Sequence record: NC_028847.1
Direction: 5' to 3' (one strand)
DNA length: 64,000 bases
Source: Escherichia phage QL01
Every line of letters starts with the position of its first letter. The first letter of the stretch is position 1. A program made the translations under genes and the position numbers. The notes under the pieces are model-generated. The model had not been told where the DNA came from and did not search any database. It worked only from the letters and a program-made list of their open reading frames with translations. This document shows, in pieces, positions 51,666 through 61,640 of this stretch.

Positions 51666-52831
51666 GTTCAAAAACTATGCAACGTGAAGGCTTTCCTAAT
51701 ATTAGTATACGCCTTTACGAAGATTATGACGCCTGGTTAGAGCATCGTTTTGTTGAACTAGGCGCGACATTTACTACTCTAACAATGCGAGATGGGCTTT
51801 ACGGTAGTAATGAAGGGTTGCTTCAGTTTTATGATGCAAAGAACCTTCATACTAAAATGGATGGTGAGCAGATTATTCAAATTTCTGTTAAGAATGCTAA
51901 CTCTGAACGTACCCAATCAAGAATTTATGGAAGTAAACACTTTGCTGTAGGAGTGGATTCGAAGGGCGACAATATCATAACAATACAACTCGCCCCAATC
52001 CACTTTTTAGAGAATCTTAAATTTAGTCGTATGTTCTTCCCGAGTGTTCAAGAAACATTAACTGAAATGATTGGTGTTATTTATCAAGACCGTCCGCTTC
52101 TTGCTCCTCCTTTGAACGGGATAAACGTTTACGTTCCTAATGTTCCTTGGTGTGATTCAATGGACCGTTATATGGAATTTGTACGAGAAGTAGGTATGGC
52201 CGTTGAATCTGATAAATTTGTATTTGTCTGGGAAGATATAGATGGTATTTCTATCATGGACTACGAATTTATGGTTAACCAAGAGCCTATTAATTTTGTA
52301 GTGGGTGAACCGCGATTAATAGGTCAATACGTTCAAGATATGGATACACCTATCGCATTTGATTTTGAATGGTTAACTAAAGCCAACCAACATTCCAGAA
52401 AACCATATGAAAACGCTACTGTATACGCCCACTCTTTCTTAGACAAAAACGCCACACGAATTACTTTTGGTGACGGGCAAAACAGTATATTGGTTTCTCG
52501 CTCCGGTGGATATTCTGATTATACCTACCGAAACGGTTTTGAAGAAGCCGATAGATTAGTTACTATGGCCCAATACGATGGATACGCTCATTGTAAGGTA
52601 TATGGTAACTTTGAACTAACTCCAGGCGATAAGATTAATTTCTATGACCCTAAAAACCAATTCCAGTACGATTTTTATGTAGACGAAGTTATTCATGAAG
52701 TGAGTAACAATACATCAATTACAAACCTTTATATGTTTACTAATGGTAAGCCTATTAAGATTGAAGAACCGCCGAAGGTTAAAAATGAACTTAAAACTGA
52801 TACTCCCGATCAAGAAAATAACGCTGGGTGA
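51662..52831 (+). CDS. 27: gp27 baseplate hub protein
   Basis: 389 aa, synteny and size (T4 gp27 391 aa). Confidence 0.85.
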   Translation: MSSKTMQREGFPNISIRLYEDYDAWLEHRFVELGATFTTLTMRDGLYGSNEGLLQFYDAKNLHTKMDGEQIIQISVKNANSERTQSRIYGSKHFAVGVDSKGDNIITIQLAPIHFLENLKFSRMFFPSVQETLTEMIGVIYQDRPLLAPPLNGINVYVPNVPWCDSMDRYMEFVREVGMAVESDKFVFVWEDIDGISIMDYEFMVNQEPINFVVGEPRLIGQYVQDMDTPIAFDFEWLTKANQHSRKPYENATVYAHSFLDKNATRITFGDGQNSILVSRSGGYSDYTYRNGFEEADRLVTMAQYDGYAHCKVYGNFELTPGDKINFYDPKNQFQYDFYVDEVIHEVSNNTSITNLYMFTNGKPIKIEEPPKVKNELKTDTPDQENNAG

Positions 52832-53312
52832 CAAAGAGATTTCCATTCCTAAATTGGGTCTTAAACACCAGAAATTGGTTAAAGATGAAAAGGACCCTTA
52901 CAAGGCCCTCTATATGACAATGGAATCTATTTGTAAAGGACTGTCTGCAGCAGAAACAGATTTTGCTGCTTTACACCTTTTAGAATTCAACGGACGATTA
53001 AAAGAAAAAGTAACTAAAGATGGATTCACATATAATTTAAATGACCTTTATATTTGCCAACGACTTGAATTCCAGTTCCAAGGTAAAACGTTTAAATTTA
53101 AATCACATGAACCATTTCAAACATTTGGTCCTGTTGATAGTGTACTACAATCTCTTTATCTTGGTGATGATGTACCAGATTTTCTGGATATGCCTGCCTT
53201 TGTTGCTACATGGGCCGACGATATAACTTCTACTGTAGCTATCCCTGGTCCTAATGGTCCTATCAAAGGATTGCTTAAAATCATGGATATCTTAAATGAA
53301 GAACGAATCTAA
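52785..53312 (+). CDS. 28: gp28 baseplate hub distal protein
   Basis: ORF 52743..53312 trimmed to second ATG; overlaps gp27 3' end in another frame. Confidence 0.65.
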   Translation: MNLKLILPIKKITLGDKEISIPKLGLKHQKLVKDEKDPYKALYMTMESICKGLSAAETDFAALHLLEFNGRLKEKVTKDGFTYNLNDLYICQRLEFQFQGKTFKFKSHEPFQTFGPVDSVLQSLYLGDDVPDFLDMPAFVATWADDITSTVAIPGPNGPIKGLLKIMDILNEERI

Positions 53313-55032
53313 TCAGAATAGTTTTCGTCGCAATAAACTGATTGAAGAAATGGCTCCTCAGCGTCGTGCTGAGGCGCTAGCCCAAACTCAGAACGACGAA
53401 TTAGGAAATATATCAGATGTTTTATCCGATTCCCAGGCGGCGTCTGAATTGCTCTCTGAAGTTGTTGAGACAAAGTCTAACCAGATTATTAATTCTGTAG
53501 ACCGAGTAGACAAAAGCGTCCAAGATGTTGTCGCTGGAACAGAATTAACGGCCGAAGCCATATCAGAACAAACCCAACAGTCTAAAGCTCTTTCGGATGC
53601 ATTAAACGAAAAGATTAATAAGCTTTCTAATATGTTGGAGGCTAAATTTTCTGGTATTTCTATTCCACCGGAAGGGAGCTCATTAAAGGTTATTGAAGAC
53701 TCTATTCCAGAAGAACCTAAGGCCGAAACTCCTAAAGTTCCTGCTGTTGTTGAAGATATTCTTCCACCTGAAGATAATAAACCTGACGCCGAATTTATGC
53801 CTGAGCCTCCTAAAAATTCAGATGAAGGTAAAGAAGGTGATAAGACTTCTCTTTCCGAGAAAATCGAAGCCCTTACTAAAATAACTGAAAAGGGATTTAA
53901 AGCTTCTATAGGCGTCGCTGATAGAATTTCAGGCATGCTTTTTAAGTATACCATTACCGCTGCCGCTGAAGCTGCTAAACTCGCAGCAGGTTTAGTCCTT
54001 TTAATATTTGGTATAGATGCCATTCGCGTATACTTCCAATATTTCATGGACCAATTTGAGTCAGGGTGGAAAGAATTTAACGATAAGTTTAAAGAGTGGG
54101 GACCATTACTTGAAGGGCTAATGACATGGGCCAAGAATGCTGAAGCCATGTTTAGTGAAGGAAACTGGTTAGGTCTGGCTGAAGCTATTATTCGTGGTAT
54201 GGTTAATCTTACCAAAAATATGGCACAACTTTTAATGCTTGGTATTTCTAAGTTGATTTCTGCTATTTTAAGTAAAATACCTGGTATGGGTGATTTAGCT
54301 GAAAACGTAGAGGCTTCTGCTTTAATGTCATATCAGCAAAATACCGGAGCCACTTTGGACGATGAAGACCAAACTAAAGTGGCCAAGTACCATGATAGAC
54401 GTTCAGCCGAGGCTTTAGAAACAGCCGAGAAAATGAATAAGAAGTATAAGGATAAACCTGAGCTTATAAACCAGGCAGAGAAATACGGTAATCTTACTAA
54501 AGAACAAGCCGACCAATTACGCGCAGGTGGAATTGACACAAGCTTCCGTGACCTCCCTGAAGAAGAACGTTTAGAGTATTTCAAGAAACGTGATAAAGCT
54601 CAGGCTGATATTATTCGTTTGACACAAACCGCTGATAATATAATGAAGCCAGATTCTAAAGATATCGAAAATGCTAAAGCATTTAAAGCTGATATCGAGA
54701 AACAATTGGCAGACCCTATTATGGCTAAAGGTGGGGCACCGAAAGACCTTAATATCCAGCAATTACTCGATAAGATGAATAAATCTTTAGAGAAATTTAA
54801 TGAAGCTGAAAAGCCTAAACCTGCTTCTGTAGCGGAATCTCCTGAAAATACCCAGGTTAAAAAGGTTGATGAGCAAATGAGAGCAAAGGAAAATGCTAAA
54901 TATAGTCAGCAAGCTCCAACTCAAATAAATCAGCAAACGAATATCAAGAAAACGAGTAAGACAAGCTATAATATGCCCCCACAGTCCTCTACTCCGGCCC
55001 CTGGTATGCGTCAAGCTACTAAAGTTAATTAG
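53296..55032 (+). CDS. 29: gp29 tail tape-measure / baseplate hub protein
   Basis: 578 aa, synteny and size. Confidence 0.8.
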   Translation: MKNESNQNSFRRNKLIEEMAPQRRAEALAQTQNDELGNISDVLSDSQAASELLSEVVETKSNQIINSVDRVDKSVQDVVAGTELTAEAISEQTQQSKALSDALNEKINKLSNMLEAKFSGISIPPEGSSLKVIEDSIPEEPKAETPKVPAVVEDILPPEDNKPDAEFMPEPPKNSDEGKEGDKTSLSEKIEALTKITEKGFKASIGVADRISGMLFKYTITAAAEAAKLAAGLVLLIFGIDAIRVYFQYFMDQFESGWKEFNDKFKEWGPLLEGLMTWAKNAEAMFSEGNWLGLAEAIIRGMVNLTKNMAQLLMLGISKLISAILSKIPGMGDLAENVEASALMSYQQNTGATLDDEDQTKVAKYHDRRSAEALETAEKMNKKYKDKPELINQAEKYGNLTKEQADQLRAGGIDTSFRDLPEEERLEYFKKRDKAQADIIRLTQTADNIMKPDSKDIENAKAFKADIEKQLADPIMAKGGAPKDLNIQQLLDKMNKSLEKFNEAEKPKPASVAESPENTQVKKVDEQMRAKENAKYSQQAPTQINQQTNIKKTSKTSYNMPPQSSTPAPGMRQATKVN

Positions 55033-55040
55033 GATTAATA

Positions 55041-56129
55041 ATGAAAGTAAAAGAACTTGACTTTGATGTAGCCTCCTTGTTTAAAGGAGGTTCAAAGACC
55101 TCCGCAGGTCAATCTAAAACACCAGCAATAAAAACCACGGTAACCGCTCAGTATCCAGCTGAGCGTGCTTCAGGTAATGATACCTCAACCGATATGGTAT
55201 TAAACGACCTCTATAAAAACGGATTGCTTTTTACTGCATATAATTTTAGTTCTCGTGTATCTCCGGATTTGCGTAACGACCGTTCGAGTCAAATGACTAA
55301 AAAGTTCTCAAGTGCAGCCAACAAATTAACAGGCAATAGTGGAACATATAGTGCTGTTAAAAACTTATTTGGTGGAAATACTAAGGGCGTTAAATTTGAT
55401 ACCCAAGCCTTAGCTAATATCCTTTTACCTCGTTCTAAATCTGATGTGGATTCCGTATCACACAAATTTAATGATGTTGGTGAGTCCTTAATTACTAAAG
55501 GCGGTGGTACTGCTACAGGTATTTTAAGTAACGTTGCTAGTACCGCGGTATTTGGTGCATTAGAATCTGTGACTAACGGCGTAATGGCTGATTCAGGCGA
55601 ACAGATATACACTACAGCTCGTAGTATGTACGCCGGTCCGGATAACCGTACTAAGGTATTCACTTGGGAAATGACTCCACGAAATGCCCAAGACCTTATC
55701 CAGATTATTAAAATATACGAAATCTTCAACTATTATTCTTACGGCGAAACGGGTAATTCGGCTTTCGCAGGTGAATTAAAAGAGAAGATTGATACTTGGT
55801 ATCGTTCTACATTTAAAAAAGAAGCTATTGACAAGTTTGATGGTAAGCTATTAGGGGAAAGTATTACAAGCTTCCTTTCTAATGTTATTGTGGTAAGTAA
55901 CCCAACCATTTGGTATATCCGAAACTTTGGTGATAGCAGTTCATATGATGGTCGTGAAGATATTTTTGGCCCATGCCAAATCCAGAGTATCCGTTTTGAT
56001 AAAACTCCGGACGGCCATTTTAACGGATTGGCTATTGCTCCTAACTTACCATCTACGTTTAGTTTAGAAGTTACTTTCCGTGAAATTATTACTCTGAACC
56101 GTGGCTCACTTTATACGGAAGGATTCTAA
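55041..56129 (+). CDS. 48: gp48 baseplate tail-tube cap
   Basis: 362 aa, synteny and size. Confidence 0.85.
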   Translation: MKVKELDFDVASLFKGGSKTSAGQSKTPAIKTTVTAQYPAERASGNDTSTDMVLNDLYKNGLLFTAYNFSSRVSPDLRNDRSSQMTKKFSSAANKLTGNSGTYSAVKNLFGGNTKGVKFDTQALANILLPRSKSDVDSVSHKFNDVGESLITKGGGTATGILSNVASTAVFGALESVTNGVMADSGEQIYTTARSMYAGPDNRTKVFTWEMTPRNAQDLIQIIKIYEIFNYYSYGETGNSAFAGELKEKIDTWYRSTFKKEAIDKFDGKLLGESITSFLSNVIVVSNPTIWYIRNFGDSSSYDGREDIFGPCQIQSIRFDKTPDGHFNGLAIAPNLPSTFSLEVTFREIITLNRGSLYTEGF

Positions 56130-57082
56130 TGTATACTTTACAAGAATTTCAGAATCAGGCAATTAATATTGACCTACAAAGGAATAACCTGTTTAGTGTG
56201 GTATTTGCCACAGTTCCTTCTTCTAAATCTCAGACGCTCCTCGACCAGTTCGGTGGAGCTTTATTTAACAATATCCCATTGAATAGCGATTTGTTTGGTA
56301 TTACACAAGGAGAGTTGACCCAAGGTGTTACGACATTAGTGACAGCGGGCACTCAGAAGTTGATTCGTAAGTCAGGCATAAGTAAATATTTGATTGGAGC
56401 TATGTCATCCAGGGTTGTGCAGAGCTTACTAGGAGAGTTTGAAGTAGGTACATATCTGATGGATTTTTTCAATATGGCCTATCCTACGGCAGGTCTTTTA
56501 GTCCACGCCGTTAAAATCCCGGATAATACTTTGAACTATGAAATGGATTTGAACCACAACTCACCTAACATCAAAATTACCGGAAGAGAATATTCTCCAT
56601 TAGTATTAAGCTTCCGTATGGATTCTGAAGCTGCTAACTACCGTGCTTTTAATGATTGGGTTAATAGTGTTCAAGACCCTATTACACAATTAAGAGCATT
56701 ACCCGAGGATGTTGAAGCCGACATTCAAGTCAACCTTCATTCTCGTAATGGATTACCCCATACAGTAGTAATGCTTAATGGTTGTGTTCCTGTTGGTGTT
56801 TCGTCACCGGAATTATCCTACGACGGTGATAACCAAATTGCTTCATTTGATGTTACATTTGCTTATAGAAGTGTACAGACGGGTGCAGTTGGTAAACAAG
56901 CTGCTTATGAGTGGTTGGAAGATAAGATTATTAAAGGCGTCGCTGGGCTAAGTGAGAGCAATTCGCTGAGTTCTTCAGTGGCCAAATTAAGTAGACTTTC
57001 AGGAGCTTCTAGTGGATTAACAGGATTGGTTAATACATTTGGTGGGCGTGCTATTAATAATGGAATATCGAGGCTGTTATAA
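56129..57082 (+). CDS. 54: gp54 baseplate tail-tube initiator
   Basis: 317 aa, synteny and size. Confidence 0.85.
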   Translation: MYTLQEFQNQAINIDLQRNNLFSVVFATVPSSKSQTLLDQFGGALFNNIPLNSDLFGITQGELTQGVTTLVTAGTQKLIRKSGISKYLIGAMSSRVVQSLLGEFEVGTYLMDFFNMAYPTAGLLVHAVKIPDNTLNYEMDLNHNSPNIKITGREYSPLVLSFRMDSEAANYRAFNDWVNSVQDPITQLRALPEDVEADIQVNLHSRNGLPHTVVMLNGCVPVGVSSPELSYDGDNQIASFDVTFAYRSVQTGAVGKQAAYEWLEDKIIKGVAGLSESNSLSSSVAKLSRLSGASSGLTGLVNTFGGRAINNGISRLL

Positions 57083-57089
57083 CAAAAAA

Positions 57090-57107
57090 GGAGAGCATAT
57101 GCTCTCC
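57090..57107. terminator. bidirectional terminator hairpin between gp54 and minus-strand ORF
   Basis: ggagagcatatgctctcc perfect palindrome flanked by A-run upstream and T-rich run downstream. Confidence 0.5.
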
Positions 57108-57116
57108 TTTAGGGGT

Positions 57117-57407
57117 TTATTTACGGAACGAAATGAAACCTGCTGCAGTCATTAATGGCTGCTTTTTAACAAAGACCGTGATAGAAATAGGAGCTTCAGA
57201 TTCGAGTTGTCCTGTCACTACACCGTTAAAAATGTTTTCGGTTTGTTCTGGATAAGAAAAATTCTCAACAGGTCGGATATCAAACTGTTTGTCTTCACCG
57301 AAAACTCGACGTAATTCATTACCTACGGCACTGTCAAACTCTTCGGAAGCAGGGATAACGTTTTCAACTACCAGTTCTTGACCATTAAAACGGAATGCAG
57401 ATTTCAT
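57117..57407 (-). CDS. hypothetical protein with its own early promoter
   Basis: 96 aa; early promoter cassette copy 5 and GAGGAG RBS upstream. Confidence 0.5.
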   Translation of the reverse strand: MKSAFRFNGQELVVENVIPASEEFDSAVGNELRRVFGEDKQFDIRPVENFSYPEQTENIFNGVVTGQLESEAPISITVFVKKQPLMTAAGFISFRK

Positions 57408-57435
57408 AATGTTCTCCTCATGTTTGTGTAAGGTA

Positions 57436-57465
57436 ATAGTACCACATCCTTGTGGTGTTGTAAAC
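57436..57465 (-). promoter_or_regulatory. T4-type early promoter cassette, copy 5
   Basis: GTTTAC ... TACTAT taccttacacaaac on minus strand, overlapping the stop of the upstream alt-like gene. Confidence 0.5.
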
Positions 57466-59588
57466 TACATTTTGAATTTATTTGATAAAGAAGAGATATC
57501 CAAAGACGCGGCAAGGATTTCCATAGCTTCGTTGCTTTCAGAAACGGATTCATTAACCAAGAATTGACTAAATCCATCCATCAGGCGAACTTCACCAGTT
57601 TCCATCAAATGGTCACCATCGTAAACAGATTCGCTGAGCTCTGAAGGAGGCGTTACGGTAGCTTCCATAAGGTATTTGTGAGATACTCTATCATTCATGG
57701 CAAAAGCCGCTACTTTATCAACCTTCAACAATAATCCACGCGGAAGGATAATTTCTGCTTCTTCGGCATATTCTGTAAGGTCACCAGGAGCGATAACTTT
57801 AACTGCTTCAGCACCTCGAATAACCATACCAATTTCAGCAATTCTATCTGCAGGACCTTCAGGTGCAATTGGATTACCAAACTCGTCTTCTTCCCATTCT
57901 ACCTCTTCGTCATCGACTTCACCCACATCAGATGAACTACCACTAGCCAATTTAAACAACTCATCAGCGGAGGACAAAGAACCTTCACCACCAACAAAAA
58001 CGGCTTGGTTGTCGAGGGCCATATAATTTTTACCGAATTCACCAAAGATGTTAGGCTTTAATGAGGCTGACACAAAGTTCTTAAAGTAAAATGTTTTGTT
58101 ATCGATATTATGGCGCAGAATTTTGTATGGCAAATCCTGACCACGATACAAAATAGTACCCTTAGGAAGTTTAATACCCTTAGTAAATGCTGAGTCTAAA
58201 TCCTTAATCAATTTAATAGCCGTTGTATTGTTTTCGGATTCAGGTTTACCTAAAAGGAATAAGTTCATAGGAGCATATTCAGCCGCGCAATATTCAATAA
58301 TAGCATTGCTTTCGTCTTTGGTTAGGTCCTTAGGTTTAATGAGCTCGCCTGAATAAGCATATGCATCACTAATAGAATCGTTAACCAGTTTATAAACGGC
58401 TTCCATAGCGAAAGCAATTCTAGATGCTTTCTCTGAAGGGGAACCCTTAAAACGGGTACTCAGGTTATTAACAATTTTCTTAATAATATCCAGACTATTG
58501 GTTGTATTGATTTGCGAAAGGCCACTTAAAAGTCTATCGACTTCTGTATTAAAAAATGCCATATTATTAGAGTAAATTTCAAACCCTTGTTTATCTCTAT
58601 TAGCATAATTTAGTTTAAATTTACTATCAGTCATTAAAGCGTGTGTGAGAGCAATAGTGTATCTAAAGTTGGCAAGGTCCTCGCTCTTAGATTTAAACTG
58701 AGAAGCCTGACGCATTTTAGTAATGGCACCTTTTTTAAAGTTCTGACTAATCTGTTCAATACCTTCGTTCTCAGGGCCTTCAGCCGTGTGAACCGGTACA
58801 GAAGCTTCAAACTCGTTATAAACCTGCAATTCTTTAGGGGACAAAGTTTCAGGCTCAGCAGTAGAATACTGCGCGGCCGCAGCCATACGACGCGAAATCT
58901 TAGTACGAGAGATAACGGCCTTATCAGTACGTTTCTCTTCAACTTGTGCAATAGATGCCGCTACGGCTTCTACTTTACTTACGGCCTGGCCTGTTTTCTT
59001 AGAAACATACACTTCGCCAACTTTAGACTCAACTTTAGTATAAAGATCGGCATTAATTTCAGGCATACCCTTGATATCTTCAATATTAGCACCGCGACGT
59101 ACTAAAAGAACGTAGGTATGTTTTCCGCTGAATTGGAACATGTCGTCAACAACTTTAAACTTACCACCGGTACGAGCCATAGCCAAACGAGCTAATACGC
59201 GCTGAACGGTAGGACCTTTACCTTTCATTTTCTTAGTAGGGAAACGGAATAAAACCGCGTCCATTTTAAGTTTGATTATTTGTTCATATATGGTATCGAA
59301 AATGGTGTTCAGTGTACCGAGTGGATCGGTACCCAAACCACCCTTGAGTTCTGCCGGAGCGCCTTTAGCAGATAAACTCATTAAGATAACATGGACGTAC
59401 TTATCGCCATTTTTAACCATCTTAATAGCGTCGCCTTCGGACGCATAAGATACCATACGTGCTACTAAATTGTCATTACCAGGAGCATGTACCGCAAAAA
59501 TCTGCGGTACGCCTGAGCCAGGTTTAAGATTTGTTACCGGATAGTTTTTAGCGGAATCGCTATCAAAAACTTCGTTTAAATTTTCCAT
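57465..59588 (-). CDS. Alt-like ADP-ribosyltransferase, copy 1
   Basis: 707 aa; N-terminal about 235 aa near-identical to copy 2; C-terminal R (YRG), STS-like (SASL) and E (EAEIILPRG) ART motifs. Confidence 0.8.
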   Translation of the reverse strand: MENLNEVFDSDSAKNYPVTNLKPGSGVPQIFAVHAPGNDNLVARMVSYASEGDAIKMVKNGDKYVHVILMSLSAKGAPAELKGGLGTDPLGTLNTIFDTIYEQIIKLKMDAVLFRFPTKKMKGKGPTVQRVLARLAMARTGGKFKVVDDMFQFSGKHTYVLLVRRGANIEDIKGMPEINADLYTKVESKVGEVYVSKKTGQAVSKVEAVAASIAQVEEKRTDKAVISRTKISRRMAAAAQYSTAEPETLSPKELQVYNEFEASVPVHTAEGPENEGIEQISQNFKKGAITKMRQASQFKSKSEDLANFRYTIALTHALMTDSKFKLNYANRDKQGFEIYSNNMAFFNTEVDRLLSGLSQINTTNSLDIIKKIVNNLSTRFKGSPSEKASRIAFAMEAVYKLVNDSISDAYAYSGELIKPKDLTKDESNAIIEYCAAEYAPMNLFLLGKPESENNTTAIKLIKDLDSAFTKGIKLPKGTILYRGQDLPYKILRHNIDNKTFYFKNFVSASLKPNIFGEFGKNYMALDNQAVFVGGEGSLSSADELFKLASGSSSDVGEVDDEEVEWEEDEFGNPIAPEGPADRIAEIGMVIRGAEAVKVIAPGDLTEYAEEAEIILPRGLLLKVDKVAAFAMNDRVSHKYLMEATVTPPSELSESVYDGDHLMETGEVRLMDGFSQFLVNESVSESNEAMEILAASLDISSLSNKFKM

Positions 59589-59591
59589 TAT

Positions 59592-61637
59592 TTACCCTTG
59601 GATGAATTTTTCTGGCGTTTCGTCAAAATTAATACATGAAGCTAAAATAGGCATTATATCCACCTTGGTCGATTTGACGAATGAATCAAAAGACACAGGG
59701 TTGTCGGTCTCTGTTTCTACGCCTTGGTAAACAACCAATTCGCCGGTTTCCATCAATGCATCACCATCATAGATAACCGCATTTTCTGCTAGTTGGTCTG
59801 TGGTCTGGATATCAGCTTCCAATAATTTGGTGTTGTAGTTTCCTTTATATGAGGCATCTGTAATTTTAGTAATCTTAACAGTAGTTCCACGTGGAAGAAT
59901 AACCTCTTGTTCTGTTGGAGAACCTGACAATTTACCTGGCACAATTACGTTAATAGAGTCTGCACCGGAAATTTTCCAACCGATGTTCATCATTGTATTT
60001 TCGGAACTCGTCAGCATACTTGGAAGAACAATTTCATTATCGCCTTGGAAAGATGTCCCAGCGCGATAGTCCTGATGAACTGCGGCCATTGCGACGTTTG
60101 ATACCCAGCCGCCAAAGATAATCGGCTTAAGGGACGTTGATACATAGTTCCTGAAATAAAACAATTTTGAGTGTTTGATTTTATCAAAAGTGTTAACATT
60201 TAAATATTGACCACGCCAAAGTGTAATATCAGGTGGCAATTTATGGCCAATTTCAAATGCTGCATCCATATCATTAATTACTTCAATTACACGATAACTA
60301 TCAATAAATTCTGCATCCTCTTCATAATAATTACCCAACAAATAATTATTAACATCGGTATAATATTGGCCACAATAAGAAGAAATAGCCTCACGCTGCT
60401 CATACTCAAATCGATTATCGCTATAACTGGCTGTAAAATGCATAACACTTTCTGACGCTTCATTAGCAAAGTCGGTAACAGCAGCACTTATACGTTGAGC
60501 ATACTCTTGTTCCCAAAGCTCTGCTGCATATTCTGCCGCATCCATATTAGGAGGAGCCTCATTCATTTTTCTTTCAATAAATGCAGCTTTGCGAAGGTTA
60601 AGAACCTCTGCACATGATTCGGCAAAAATCTGCATCTGCTTCATACTGCCGACAGGAGCACGTTTAAGTTCACGATGCATACGGTTAAAAATTGGGTCAG
60701 AGTCTTCGACTCGAATTTCTTCTTTCCAAACACCGTTTGCTCGCATAGCCATATCTGCCGCGCGCATACGCTCCATAGTATTCGTTTCAGAAGGTTGAAT
60801 AAAAATTTCTAGTTCTTCATAATCATCGATAAGTTCCGCTGTTGCTGGGGCACTAAATTTTGATGCCTCTGCATCAATCTCATTCCAACCTTCCGGAACT
60901 TCATCTCGAGGAGAATACTGGGCTGCGGCTACAGCACGCCTAGAAATCTTAGTAGTAGTAATAACGGCCTTATCCGTACGTTTTTCTTCGACTGCCGCTA
61001 TACTAGCAGATAGTGCTTCTATTTTGGTTACCGATTGGCCTGTTTTCTTGGATACATAAACCTCACCAACTTTAGACTCAACCTTAGTGTAAAGGTCTGC
61101 ATCAATTTCAGGCATACCTTTTATGTCCTCAATATTAGCTTGTTTACGGACCAGTAAAACGTATGTATGTTTGCCTGTAAATTGATACATATCATCGACA
61201 ACTTTAAACTTGCCGCCAGTACGAGCCATCGCCAAACGTGCCAATACACGTTGAACAGTAGGACCCTTACCTTTCATTTTCTTGGTAGGGAACCGGAAAA
61301 GAACTGCATCCATTTTAAGTTTGTTTACTTGTTCGTATACAGTATCAAAAATGGTATTCAGCGTACCAAGTGGGTCAGAACCTAACCCACCTTTCAACTC
61401 GGCTGGGCTACCCTTAGCAGACAAACTCATCAAAATAACATGAACATATTTGTCGCCCGGCTTAACCATTTTAATAGCGTCTCCTTGAGACGCATAAGAT
61501 ACCATACGAGCAACCAGATTATCATTACCTGGTGCTTGGATAGAGAAAATCTGTGGAATACCGGAACCCGGTTTAAGATTTGTTACTGGATAGTTTTTAG
61601 CGGAATCACTATCAAAAACCTCATTTAAATTTTCCAT
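59592..61637 (-). CDS. Alt-like ADP-ribosyltransferase, copy 2
   Basis: 681 aa; conserved N-terminus MENLNEVFDSDSAKNYPVTNLKPGSG; WRG, STSL, QEVILPRG motifs. Confidence 0.8.
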   Translation of the reverse strand: MENLNEVFDSDSAKNYPVTNLKPGSGIPQIFSIQAPGNDNLVARMVSYASQGDAIKMVKPGDKYVHVILMSLSAKGSPAELKGGLGSDPLGTLNTIFDTVYEQVNKLKMDAVLFRFPTKKMKGKGPTVQRVLARLAMARTGGKFKVVDDMYQFTGKHTYVLLVRKQANIEDIKGMPEIDADLYTKVESKVGEVYVSKKTGQSVTKIEALSASIAAVEEKRTDKAVITTTKISRRAVAAAQYSPRDEVPEGWNEIDAEASKFSAPATAELIDDYEELEIFIQPSETNTMERMRAADMAMRANGVWKEEIRVEDSDPIFNRMHRELKRAPVGSMKQMQIFAESCAEVLNLRKAAFIERKMNEAPPNMDAAEYAAELWEQEYAQRISAAVTDFANEASESVMHFTASYSDNRFEYEQREAISSYCGQYYTDVNNYLLGNYYEEDAEFIDSYRVIEVINDMDAAFEIGHKLPPDITLWRGQYLNVNTFDKIKHSKLFYFRNYVSTSLKPIIFGGWVSNVAMAAVHQDYRAGTSFQGDNEIVLPSMLTSSENTMMNIGWKISGADSINVIVPGKLSGSPTEQEVILPRGTTVKITKITDASYKGNYNTKLLEADIQTTDQLAENAVIYDGDALMETGELVVYQGVETETDNPVSFDSFVKSTKVDIMPILASCINFDETPEKFIQG

Positions 61638-61640
61638 TAT

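Noticed and set aside
53388-54215. 275-aa minus-strand ORF inside gp29
   Set aside because: Antisense to gp29; Ser/Ala-rich low-complexity product; no promoter or RBS signal.
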